Assembly: GCF_964188315.1 (NCBI RefSeq)
Contig: NC_135657.1
Span: 115,568,001 to 115,632,000, forward strand
DNA from: Podarcis muralis
Lineage: Eukaryota
Direction of reading: 5' to 3'
Length of the DNA stretch: 64,000 bases
The position numbers and the translations under genes are program-made. This document shows, piece after piece, positions 1 to 12,050 of this stretch (position 1 is its first letter; every line of letters starts with the position of its first letter). A model generated the notes under the pieces. It was not told the origin of the DNA. It made no database searches and worked only from the letters and a program-made list of their open reading frames with translations.

Positions 1-828
1 TTCACACTTGAGCCAGGACAATTGTGTTTGCCAGAGCTATGCCAGTATTACTCTGGTGTTTCTTACAGGAAATATGTAAAAGGAAAACAAACTTCCTAAA
101 TGCTTGAGGTCACACACTTGGTACTTCTGATTGGCCACAGACCCTAGCTCTCAGTCCAAAGACACAAGTTTATCCTTCATACTTTATGTATTTACTACAG
201 CTTTCATATCATTGTTGCAAAATCTGTGAAGTAGCTCCAAGGACCACATTATACTAGCAGGGAAGGATGCTTCACAAAGAGCTGCTGTACCCTTTACAGG
301 CATGTAAGCCAAAGGAACTGCAAAAGGAAAAAATGGTAGTTTGTACAAAGTGATTTCTACCACCTAGCTCTAGCCATTCTGTGGGAACACAGAATGGGAT
401 ACCATATCAATATTGCTTAAATAAGAGCTGCAATCTCCCAGCATGTTGGTGCTTCAGTGAACATGGAAAGCATTCCATGTCAAACCAAAGGATTTTTTTG
501 TTAGTTGAATTGGGGAAGTACTAGTCTGTTCTCACGGTCTTAAACATTTCTTAATAATGATAATGGTATTCTTTGAAAGAGGTCAATAAAAGTGCCTCTC
601 TTTCTTAGTGGAGACCGCCTTTTTAATAAGAGCTGTAACTGGGAGTCATGATACTCAGGAAAGGGAAAGCTGGGTTAAGTTAGATATGCACTCTGGTCTT
701 TAGTAAAGATGATTTCCACAGGTTTTAAAGAACTATTGGAAGCAATGGGCAGAAATACTTGAGGAAGGAGTTCAACTGCAAACCATTCCAGTGAGCAAAA
801 AAAATTGGAGGCACCTAAAGAAGCTGGA

Positions 829-1181
829 GGGACGCGGGTGGCGCTGTGGGTTAAACCACAGAGCCTAGGACTTGCCGATCAGAAGGTCAGTGATTCGAAT
901 CCCCGTGATGGGGTGAGCTCCCGTTGCTCGGTCCCTGCTCCTGCCAACCTAGCAGTTCGAAAGCACGTCAAAGTGCAAGTAGATAAATAGGTACCGCTCC
1001 GGTGGGAAGGTAAACGGCATTTCGGTGCACTGCTCTGTTTCGCCAGAAGCGGCTTAGTCATGCTGGCCACATGACCCGGAAGCTGTACGCCGGCTCCCTT
1101 GGCCAGTAAAGCGAGATGAGCGCCGCAACCCCAGAGTCGGCCACGACTGGACCTAAAGGTCAGGGGTCCCTTTACCTTTAC
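829..1181 (+). mobile_element. Sauria (Squam1) SINE, full length, lacertid-type
   Basis: tRNA-like head gggacgcgggtggcgctgtgggttaaacc with B-box-like gattcgaatcc, Sauria body, tail ccctttacctttac; 10-bp target-site duplication agaagctgga (819-828 / 1182-1191). Confidence 0.95.
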
Positions 1182-2199
1182 AGAAGCTGGAGTGGAGGAA
1201 CAAGCAGGTCTCGAACTCAGATTTAAAGTAGCATAAATACGAAGTTGAAGGCATAAACCACCAAGGCCAGAAGAGCAGCCAGAGCTTGGAAAGTGCCAGG
1301 AGGGCTAAAGCATAGAATAAACCCAAGGGCTCCCACAAGATGTGAAAAACGAAAAGGGTTTGGTTTCTTAAAGAGCAAGATGAAAAACAAGGAGTGGTAA
1401 GTTTGCTGCATAGAGGATAGAGAAATGTTAAGGCATGACAGAAGACATAACTGCTAGACTCCTGCTATGGCTCAGCCTTTTCCTGCAAGGGTAATTGTGT
1501 TTGACCTGGCAAAAAAGTAGACCAAATGATGAAGGGAGGGAGTTATAAGCCACGTTAGGTAAAGAGATGGTATGGGAGCACCCAGACACTCTAAAAAGTC
1601 TTCTGAGTCTCACAAATTGCATACTAGGACACTAAATGAATTTACAGAAGCAATCTCAGAGCTTCAGTCTAGATTTTTTTCAAAGATTCTTGGAGAACAG
1701 GTGGTGATATGAGGCTGAAGACATAGAAATGTTCCCACCTTCAAAGAAAGGGGGTTCTAGACAAATATTGACAAGTCGGCTGAACACCAATATGCCGAAA
1801 GGCGAACCTAGGGTCCCTGTGCCCTTGGCAAGGAGTTGTATCAGCGCCCTCTCGAAAAAATCACTTTACTGCAATATCCACATTAGAAATTAGTACATTT
1901 TATGCAATCCAAGAACTTGAAGCATCCAGAGTAAGGGTGAGGCAAGGAGGAAGGGCAGGGAGAAATGCGTGTCTTTGTACTGCAGTGCAAGAAAGACTGG
2001 AAGCTTCTCCCGCATTTGATCTCACCATGACAGCAATGGTGTGTTGCCACACACATGTACGTCACACACTCCACAGTCTTCGGCCATAGTCTTTGGCCGC
2101 TTTGCCATTTCTCCTACTGCTCAGATTCCAACTCTTGTCTAAACTTACAACCTTACACAGATAACTTCAGACAGATTTCTGGGGTGATTTTTGAGACCC

Positions 2200-2382
2200 T
2201 CACTGGACGTCTGCCTCTGTGGAAAGATTTAGAACATCTGAAAGCAACCCTGTATTGGGAATTTTTTAATGTCAATGTTTCACAATCTCTTATGTGCTGT
2301 AAGCCTCTCCAGAGTGGCTGGGGAAACCCAGTCAGATGGGTGGGGTATAAATAATAAAAATATTATTATTATTACTATTATT
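2200..2382 (+). mobile_element. L2 LINE 3' fragment
   Basis: ccagagtggctggggaaacccagtcagatgggtggggtataaataataaa followed by a (TAT)n tail; the same 3' end recurs at 61060-61140. Confidence 0.75.
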
Positions 2383-2582
2383 TAGAACAAATAATTAAAC
2401 AGCCCTTCTGTGAGCATAGAGGGGGGAAACGATGTGATTGCGAAGAGTCAACCTTGGTTTCTCAATAGGAAGTCATACCAGACTAAACTTATTCCTCTTT
2501 CTTGACAGAATTATTCTCCTGGTAGGTCAGAAGAAAAATTATTTAGGCTAATTTAATTAGAATTTCATTTTAGTAAATGCTG

Positions 2583-2735
2583 TTCAGACTCTGGAACAGG
2601 CTGCCTCATAAGTTGGCAAGTAGAGGTTTTTAATCAGAGGCTGGATGGCAACTTATCAGGCACTCTGTAGTAGTGTGCTTCCTACACTGGCAGGAGGTTG
2701 AACTAGATGATCTCTGAGTTACTTTCCAGCTTCTT
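2583..2735 (+). mobile_element. CR1 LINE 3' fragment
   Basis: ctggaacaggctgcct...gaggctggatggc...ttcctacactggcaggaggttgaactagatgatctc resembles the reptile CR1 3' end. Confidence 0.65.
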
Positions 2736-2902
2736 TATTCAGTGACTACTCTGGCAGTAGCAGGAAAGGGAAATGATGTGGTCATGCCTAGAGCACTCCT
2801 TAGGCCTTTTTGCAGGAACTGCCGATGAGAGCCAAACTAGACACAATGTTAAATGTGTTACTACCTTTAACATGTACTTTAAAAATAGAAATTGCTGCTG
2901 CT

Positions 2903-2990
2903 GTCGATGGCCATACTTCCCTGAACACACCTGATCTCATCTGATCTCAGAAACTAAGGAGGGTCATGCTTGGTTAGTACATGGATGGAG
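2903..2990 (+). pseudogene. 5S rRNA-derived fragment (5S pseudogene or head of a 5S-derived SINE3)
   Basis: Aligns by eye to vertebrate 5S rRNA nt 1-86 with about 15 mismatches, about 7 of them CpG decay; box A (aactaaggagggtca) and box C (ttagtacatggatgg) remnants; the 3' third of 5S is missing. Confidence 0.9.
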
Positions 2991-3437
2991 GGAAATAGCT
3001 GCTACTATTATTATTAGGGAGTAGTGGGGAGAGTTCAGCTCCCCCTCCCACCCATTGCAGCAGTGATTTCTCCTCCCACCTTTAAGAATTTTTAAAAACT
3101 CATTTAAAGTCATGTGTAGTTTTGGTCCAAGGGTCTCCAGCATCTGGGAAACTGGATTCTTTTCCCAGATCCACATGCAGTTTCATCAGTTTTCCAATCC
3201 TCATATTAACTGCTGTGGAACAATGCCCAATAATTAATGTAACTAATAGTTGATCAACACTTAAAATATATATATTTCAAACTTGTGCTGACTCATTTTG
3301 ATCAACAAAATTGGTATGTGAAAAGATGGGTTGTAGGGTAAGCGTTGCCTTGCATCCAGATAGCTAAAACATACATTAGCATTATTATTTTTCAAAGTGC
3401 TCTGTAGATATAACCCTGAGGTTACAATTCTATATTC

Positions 3438-3796
3438 CAGGAGAGTGGAACCTCAAGGTCCAAATGCAGCCCTCCAAGCATTTCTATCTGGCCCAAGGCA
3501 CGTCCTCTTTCCCAAGCCACACCCCTCGCCACTCTTGCTTACACCCTCCTTGAGTGGTTTTGCCTCTCTGGAATTTGTTCTTGAACTCTGATGTCTCTTT
3601 GCTTATCTGGATGGAGGAGAAAGAAGTAGGGGTGTGTGTGTGTGTGTGTGTGTGGAAACTACTCTATTATGCAAAGGTTAAAATTTACATTTGTTGCTCC
3701 ACCCACTTTTGCATCTGGCAATGCCCATCTCTGGCCCACTGAAGGTTGCCTAGATGTGACTGTGGCCCTTGGGCTAGAAAACATTCCCTACCCCTG
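3438..3796. mobile_element. Degraded hAT-like MITE containing a (GT)n tract
   Basis: Imperfect terminal inverted repeats caggagagtggaac / attccctacccctg; (GT)n at about 3632-3654; TSD not preserved. Confidence 0.5.
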
Positions 3797-5649
3797 TTGT
3801 GCCCTTAAAGCAGAAATTTAAGTCCCACTGGATTTATGTTGATGTTAGACAACTCAACACTGTTTTCATAAAGACATGTGGAAGCAAGTGCTATTGACTT
3901 CCGTGGAATTTGTGTTTGGAATCTGAATGCAAGTTTAAAATAAGGATGAGTTACGGGACTTCTTTGGTACTGAAGGCACCAGAAATAAAAAATTTGCTGC
4001 TGAAGTTCTAAGGGATAGACCCAAACACCTCATTTACTTGGAATGCTTCACTGGGACTTTTCACAGTGCACTGCTCTCTGCTACTTGGCTTAGACAAATT
4101 CAATTTAAGCCCACAAACACACCCCTTTATATTTAGCAGAGCTCCCCATAGAGATTGGTATTCAGTGGGACACCTTGAGGTATGTGAAGCACATTCCTAA
4201 AGTGAAACGGAATCATTTCTGAGTAAATGCATTGATAGTCATCTCATTTGAAGCTGTTTCACTGCACTTACAAGACAAAAGAAGCTATACCTCATGCACA
4301 TACAGGCAGTCTTTTCAACCGTTTGGGGAAGGTAACTGGAGAATCTGCAAACAAAAGGCAAAAAAAGTATACCCTATCCCAAATGGCTTGCAGTAAGGGA
4401 GAAAAGGCATATAAGCCAGGCAAGTTCCAATTTAAAAGAGAGAGACAGAGAGGGGACAAATCAATGGATTTTGAAGGGAAAGCATTTAGACATAATGTAG
4501 CTTTCAGCACATTTATGATATGATGGCCATTAAAAATGCATGAAGATAAAAACACATAATCAATTAATTTAGTTGGTCAATACTAGGCTGAAAAGGGGCC
4601 TGTGCTGCCTTTTTCTTTCGGATAGCACTTCACTTTTCATTTACAAAGACCTAAATGAATGTATTTACAGACTAAAGTATCTGTACTAACAAGTCTCAAA
4701 ATAAAAAGGACCGGGAACTTTTGGGCTTGTTCCTTGCATAGCTCCAATTAAACAAAAATGGAAACTTATATCATTCTGATGATGCCAACTGATGAACAGT
4801 GTATATGCATTTTATAAAAATCACTCTCTCACACACACACTGCTTCATGAGTTATTTGAATAACAAAGAACAAACCAGAATATTGCAGAGGAAAGCCTAT
4901 ATGACTGCAGTGCTACTGGGTTTTATTGTTTTTTAAAAATCTGTGATGTTAACCAAAATGTGATAATGGATGTTCTCAGGGGCCCCATATATAAACAATT
5001 TTATAGGGCAAAATTTTTACAGGGCAAAGTGGCAAACCTATACCTGTGTAATTACCAATGTCCTGTTTAAAGTATGTAATATGGAGACTTGCCAGAGGCT
5101 TTTGTAATTGTTCCCAGGCTGTTCTTCATTTCTCTGAAGGGTACGTCTTCAGCAAGAGCAACAGCAGAAATCTGATAAGGTGGTACTGGATTTAGTAATT
5201 AAAGATGTTTTAGAAATTATACTAAAAATAACTGCTGGTGTAATTTTGAGAGGAAAGACAGTGAAGAGTACATAACTATCATTTGCAAACAATGGCCTGC
5301 CCTGGAGTAGCTGATTGGCAGTTTGGGTAATTGATTAAAAAAAAAAGTTCACTGCAAGAATGCAACTTCTGTTTTAGGTTTTTTGTGCATGTCAGTCCTC
5401 AGCAATGCCTTCTTGATACATAATCACTGGAATGCATAACTTCTATCTAGGCACTGGAATTCCAGGAGAGGACATCCATCTTCAGAAAATATGGTATAAA
5501 ACATGTACCTTAAAAAAAGTATACATTGTTCATATCATGGTGCTATAAATGATTGAAATGATATATATATTTTGCAAGCCAGGGTTTTGGTTCTTTATAC
5601 TTTTTATTAAAAAAACAACCAGCACATGATAAATGCTTCATAGAAGGTA

Positions 5650-6020
5650 TCTTAGCCCAAGATGGCAGCTGATGATTAATGGCTGTATCATTTTTGGCTC
5701 AACTGCAGTGAGGCCTCAGGTCTGATGTGACAAACATACCCTTCGTCTGCAGCCAATCAGAAGATGTAAGCACATAGGCCCTGTCAGGTTGACATATCAT
5801 TCCTACGACAATGTCAACGAGTATTAATGTTCAATTATCTGTCCTAGAAATAACCCTCGCCTTTATGCATTGTGTAACTGGGCACGTGGCACAGCGGTAA
5901 TCCAAGGGACAAGGACGGCAATGCCCGCAATAACCCAGTAGCTGTGAGTTGGCTTTCCAACATTGTGATGACACTGCCTTGCAGTACTGAATGGGGCATT
6001 TTTTAATTTCATTTTTAATC
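5650..6020. promoter_or_regulatory. Candidate intronic enhancer (motif-dense, repeat-free)
   Basis: YY1-like ccaagatggcagc (about 5657-5669), Pbx-Hox TGATTAATGG (5673-5682), CCAAT box gccaatcag (about 5752-5760), Meis CTGTCA (5781-5786), E-box CACGTG (about 5884-5889); several retained CpGs. Conservation not verified. Confidence 0.5.
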
Positions 6021-6342
6021 GATGTTTGAAGAACCTCAAAGACTTTTCTCCCCCCCCCCACCCACCCCAATGCTGGCATGCCAGTAGCTTTTACAAGCTC
6101 ATGAAGCATTTTCAAAAATACTATGTTCAGGCTCACAATTATGCAACCCTATAGTGCTATAAACCATCCATTATTTTGCAGTAAGTTTTTTTATTTTCTA
6201 TGCTCAGGTGTGTATCATTTACCATCAAATAAAAACGACAAGCGCACCCTTTTCTTCTAGTGTTGCATCAAGATCAATTCAACTCCGCCCAGTAAACCTA
6301 AAGCAATATGTCCATGTGAAACATTATCACTTACATTGCTAA

Positions 6343-6345
<3 letters not shown>

Positions 6346-6377
<32 letters not shown>
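6346..6377. repeat. (GT)n microsatellite
   Basis: About 16 GT units. Confidence 0.95.
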
Positions 6378-6379
<2 letters not shown>

Positions 6380-7264
6380 TGGAAAGATTTTTAGCAGAGC
6401 AATAATTTGAGAAACATACCTGAGTGCATTACACCTGACATCTTTCACTGCTCTTCAAATATTAAAATTATTGATTCTGGTAACTCCACACCAAATGCAA
6501 ATTTAGTTCCTAGATCAAAAGGCCTGGCAACACATGCTTTAAGTTTCTCAAATCAAGCTAGTGTCAGAACAGTTTTTGATGCACAGAGGTTGCAGAATGC
6601 AGTGATTTTTGTTACTATAGCACTACTGCCTTTAACTAACATTTCAGAAGTTATCACTTGCAAGTCTTCTAATACAACTAGCAATGAGGAGCAGCGAGAA
6701 AAGAGAACTGTGGGATAATGTGCCAGTTCTGAGATAAAGCCTTCCGCATAAGCTGTTTGTTTAGACAATCACCCAGCCACAGTACATGTTTAAAGAATCC
6801 AGGTGCATGCCTCTCTATACATTCTTCCTACTTCAATTCCCACCCGTTTCTATAGAAACAAAAACCTTCTGTTTTCAAAAACCACCAATTGTAAAAAGAA
6901 TAAAAATGTTTTCTAAAAGGTCAGTTTAAGAACTTCATTCAAAGCGCAATCACTATTGATTTAAATAGGACCTCTCCTCCCATGTATGTTCTCAGCCTTT
7001 GGGTATAATGTACTCCCTATTTATTTTGCTGCATAGCCATATCTACTTCAACTGGTCTACAGAAGTGTAATTGGCGAGTTATTCAAATCTTTAATTTTCA
7101 AGGCACACTGGAAATATTTCTTTTCTGCCAGAAAGGATAAAACTTCTATTAAATATACAATGTGCATCAATGTAAATAACATTATAACAGCACCTCACAT
7201 TCACAATAAAATTGTTGCCTTTCAAATGAAAGACTTTTACTTCAAATGCTGAAAGACACACAAA

Positions 7265-7267
<3 letters not shown>

Positions 7268-7310
<43 letters not shown>
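7268..7310. repeat. (CA)n microsatellite
   Basis: About 21 CA units. Confidence 0.95.
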
Positions 7311-7313
<3 letters not shown>

Positions 7314-8599
7314 ACTCTAGAACTACAGCCCAGTTCTACAGAATTGTTAAGATTGAAACAGGAAGACTCCCTAATTAAATATAGCTTACATTGATAATAA
7401 TGTGTTTTAGTCAATATATCTTACACTGATAATGTGTTTTAGTCAATTAATAATTTCATTGATGGATTAAATCTGCATAAATTTACACACACAAAAGAGT
7501 CTCTAAGGGAAAGAATGCACATTTTGCTTTAACATTACACATGTATGTATTGCAGCAGGCATCATCTTAGAAGAAGCTTTCCTTTTTCTCTTACACAGGA
7601 GAGAATTTGCATAAATACTTGTATTACAAATAAACGTAAAAGAAAGAAAGCTGCTAACCGATCAAGTGGGACACATTTTAGTTGATTAAAAATGTTTTGT
7701 ATGTATTTATCTAAGATTCTAACCCATTAATTGAATAAATGTTGCAGCTGTATCAAAATGGAAATTCATTGCCACTTAGAAAAGAAGCCAGTTTAGTTAC
7801 TTTCTAAAACTGCAATGGAAGTTTCTAAATAGAAGCTTAGTAAATCACCTGGGTTTTTTCTTTTCTTATTCAAGGCCAAAGTAACTTGCTTGAATGTATT
7901 CAAAATCAATTTTTCCACTCTTTTCCTCTGATAATTCACCCTACCGTTTACCCAATCATTTTATGTAGGTGGAAGTGATGAATGTTGCTGAGTGCCAGTG
8001 GATTTTGGTCCAAGATGAATACCCCCAAGGAGCAACTTACACAGAGTCTCAGACTCCTGTCAGCCAAGTAATTGATGATGTTTTCACTGTGAGGGATGGG
8101 ACTGGGACACATTAGGGTTGAATGGGGGGATGTAAACTGAGTGGATTGACTCAGCAGCTAAAGTCATTTATCCTTTGTTTCTAATAAGCACAAGCTTATT
8201 ATGGCCAAATGTTCTCTACCAGCACAGGAAAATAATATCAATCAATTTTGTGGGAAAATATAATGCCCAAAATGAGAGAAGGAGAGAACAAAACACAGAA
8301 CATTTTAGTCAACACACCATTCTGTCTGAAGTGCCATTTGCCTCTCCACTGAACAAGAGGCTGTGAAACTGCAAACGTTAAAGCAGCAAGGAAGGAAGGC
8401 GTACAACACAAAGCTATATATAGATATAAAGCTGACCAAAAAAATTAAAACTTGTTTTCACATGTATCGTGGTTTTGTATAACCTCGATGAATATGGAAA
8501 GATATGCCTTGTGTTTCAAACGTAGAATTAGTACTATTGCATCTTTTAAAAATCTACTCTCTTTATGGGAAATTTGAAAGTTAAAACAGACTCCCTGCT

Positions 8600-8820
8600 T
8601 AGTCACTGACAGAATGTCTTGTGTGTGTTGCCATGGATGACTAGCGAGTCGACAATATGGGAACCCAGCAAAAAAACAGTGACTGGCTAATGGCTTCTGG
8701 ATGCCCAATGACCTTTGAACCTTAATGGTACGGACAAAAACAAATGACCTAGTCTGTGAGACTCCTACAAACATGTGCATTTTAAGAGTTCAGTTGTCAA
8801 TTAAACACTGATTAATGTGC
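8600..8820. promoter_or_regulatory. Candidate enhancer with a perfect nuclear-receptor DR1 and Pbx-Hox/Meis sites
   Basis: TGACAG 8607-8612; TGACCTtTGAACC 8709-8721 (GGTTCA-A-AGGTCA on minus); extra TGACCT 8745-8750; TGATTAAT 8809-8816. Confidence 0.45.
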
Positions 8821-8961
8821 TTGCTCATTTGCGGTATCTAAAACAAAATGAAAACTGGCTAGCTCTTTAATATTCAAACTAACGTAACACACTGAAAAAG
8901 TCATGGACATAAGAAAAATGCTGTTTGGTAAACTAACACCTTTTAGTTATTTTATAATACA

Positions 8962-8963
<2 letters not shown>

Positions 8964-9002
<39 letters not shown>
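8964..9002. repeat. (CA)n microsatellite
   Basis: About 19 CA units. Confidence 0.95.
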
Positions 9003-9004
<2 letters not shown>

Positions 9005-11499
9005 AGCACATAAATAACCACAATACTGTAATTTTCTAACAGATGCAAAGGTGTTAACAGTGCAGCTAAGTTAGAAGCAAATAGCCCCAGGTATCCAAAA
9101 TTATTATTTCTGTTTATTAGGTATTTTGGTGCTATTCAGATACAAAGGGCTATCTGCTACAACACAGGGAACTTTCCATGATAACTTTCATCACTGTTTA
9201 TTGTCACCATAGCAATGAAAGTACATGTGGAAAATGACAAGATTCTGTCATCACTCAGATTCACATTGCATAGTTTAGCCCTGGCAGTTTTCAGAATGAT
9301 TCTCTCATCCAACCTGAATATTGTACACAAATATAATCTAAATGAACCCCAAAATAATAATCTGCCCTTTTTGCAATTTCATCATTTTACAGGAGCCACC
9401 AGTTGGAGGATATTCTCGTTTGAGCCAAATTATTTTTTTATTTTAATTCAAAATCTTCTAAAGACTCATACATGCAATAGACAATTTACTATTTATACTA
9501 CTATTTAGCATTTGATTTCATTACCAGCAGATTAATTATTTCATATATCCTTTTCGCCACTTCTGTCAAAAATTGACTCTCAACTAAAACCTTGACAAAA
9601 AGTACTAATTAAAATACAATTGACATTAAATTCTGACTTCATCAACAACCAAAGTGAGAAGTATGCACTAACTACTTCTAGCACCATCCAGTGCAACTAA
9701 CCAGTTCACTTATGCAAGCATTTATTTTCCTTCCTCAGGATGATTTCCCCCATAGATGTGGCTGGATAGGATACAGAGAAGCATGAGGATCTGCTGGGCT
9801 GTACACGGAATACAGACAGCAGAGGTTTTCACGATCATGACAATTTGTTACTGAATGAAATACCGTTGCTGTATTCACACACAGTCCGATCAACACCAGG
9901 CAGGTTGCACAAAAGAAAGTGTTGATCCTGGGTTTGATGTGAACCAGTCCCTAATTCTGTGATCACTGGTACCTTGGTAATTTGATTCAAAGTAACTTAG
10001 ATATGAAATGTACTACGCCCTACCCTCATACAACAAAATGAGATGGTAAACGTATGTCTGGACTTCAGACCGGGAAAATAGAAGCATATAGAAGACTAAA
10101 TGTCTGGAAGAAAAATTCTAGCCAACTGTCCTCCCCAACATGGAGTGCTACTTTCTATATGCTGACATTTTTTAATATCAGGGAAGTCAATAATGTGACC
10201 CCTCATTTGCAGCCTAAAGTAATATATTTTGAACAGGTTTATCTACTGTTTGTAAGTCCTAGGACTTCCGTAGGGATCAGCAAAATTCACATTTTAACTG
10301 CCATATGTAGCATGTTTCCTCCCCATTTATTTATTATTATGATTTGCTTTGAAATCCACACAGAATAACTTGATGCAATGTCTTGCCCTAATTTTGCAGC
10401 TACACATCAAACATGGTTCCATGACACTTGTTTAAGACTCTAATGCACAGTACATTTATTGTGGTTGAAATACAATTATATAGTTAATGTAGTTTTGGCA
10501 CATTCCCTGTACACCCTGATTGTGTATAACACATGCGCCTTCCAACTACAGCTTATATGAAGACAATTCACAGCACGAACATTTTAAAACTTGATTTACT
10601 GTTCCACAGACACAACTAAGCAACTAATCTTCCAGGACAAATGTAGCACATAAGAACAACTAAACTGAAACATATAAATTGCACATATACTTAAAAATAT
10701 TATTGTCTGTAATTTAATATAACAATATTTCTAGGCCTATAACCTTGCACGCAGAAGCAATTTCCCAAGCATTAATACTTAAATGGGTCATATGCACCAC
10801 ATCTGTCATTCTGTCCTGAAGTCTATGAGGCACAACCAAGACTCTGCAAGCCTATTGATTTTTCTAGCATTTGCTTTAATTTACTTAACCATTGAGAAAT
10901 CCATCAGTACATAAAGGGCAACTGTCCATTACTGCCTCATTTGCAGACATTCTTTCCATTCATTCTCCACCCCAATCCACCCCACCTCTCCCCCTTTCGG
11001 TAAGCATTCTCCCCTTAAAAATTGTTGTGTATTTATGGTTCAAACTGGGAGGGGGGAATGTTTTGAGGGGGCCCCACACCTGTTCTATTCAGTGAACTGC
11101 TGCAGTGAGGTATATATAATGTGTATAAAAATAGAGAATAATATCTAGCCACTACTATATATCTGTGTGCAAAGGGTGGTAAATTAGGTCCTAATTACAT
11201 TAACAGGGATTCAGCCTCCCAGCTTAAATTTTACATGAGCACTCTGTAAAAATCCAAAGCTCTGCTGTACTTTCTTTATGAGCTGGTGATTACTGCTACT
11301 TCCTATGCGGTCACTAAATATTCTGTTTACAAATAAATTAAGAACCCTGAGCCAACTTTGGCAGGATAATAATCAGGCTTTTTTCCTCTGCTCCCTATCC
11401 CTGCCCTAGTAAACCTTCACCGCATAAGCATGGCAACAATCAAAAGCCCAGGCTTCATCTAATTACTCTATCACATAATTTCACAAATTGCCTTTTCAC

Positions 11500-12050
11500 T
11501 GGGGAGCCAAGTGCAAAACACGTTCACAGTGGGATTTCAGGCAGCAGCTTTCATTTACTACTCATTTCTTGTTAAATTAAACACAAAAACACCAGTTGTG
11601 TGAAAGAAGTCAAAAAGAAAGCTTGCAAATGAGCCAGACGAGCGGATCTTATATTTATACCACTCTCACAAAATAGCTCATTGGCAAGCTGTATTTTTAA
11701 TTGCGGCACTATATCCCTTAACCCTTTTAGAGACCTAATGCATTTTCAGAATTGCAAACAGCTCATACTTATAAAAGCAGGAGCACAAAAACCAGAGCCC
11801 TATCTACGCCCTGCAGACATATATCACTTAAACCATTGTCAGGAGTGCAACATTACGTCAGCCAGATGCACAAATCTTATTGGCCAACAACACAATGGTT
11901 TTGTTAACAGTCTAGGAAGATTACAAACCTCCTGCTCATAATATGTTGCACTAGTGCTAATAAATCTGAACATCTGTCATATGTTGCGGTGAGCAAATGC
12001 TGTTAAAGCCAAATTGTGTCCTACAAAACCAAACATTTCGACTACAATTT
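11500..12050. promoter_or_regulatory. Candidate conserved non-coding element
   Basis: Repeat-free high-complexity sequence with CRE-like TTACGTCA (11853-11860), adjacent attggccaa (NF-Y/NFI-like) and TGTCA cores. Conservation not verified. Confidence 0.35.

Noticed and set aside
1921-1990. gtaagggtg resembling the reverse complement of the start of MEIS1 exon 9
   Set aside because: The match is only about 9 nt and the neighbouring sequence does not encode SEEQKKQLAQDTG.
2903-2990. Functional 5S rRNA gene
   Set aside because: Truncated at about nt 88, about 17% diverged, no oligo-T terminator at the expected position and not in a tandem array.
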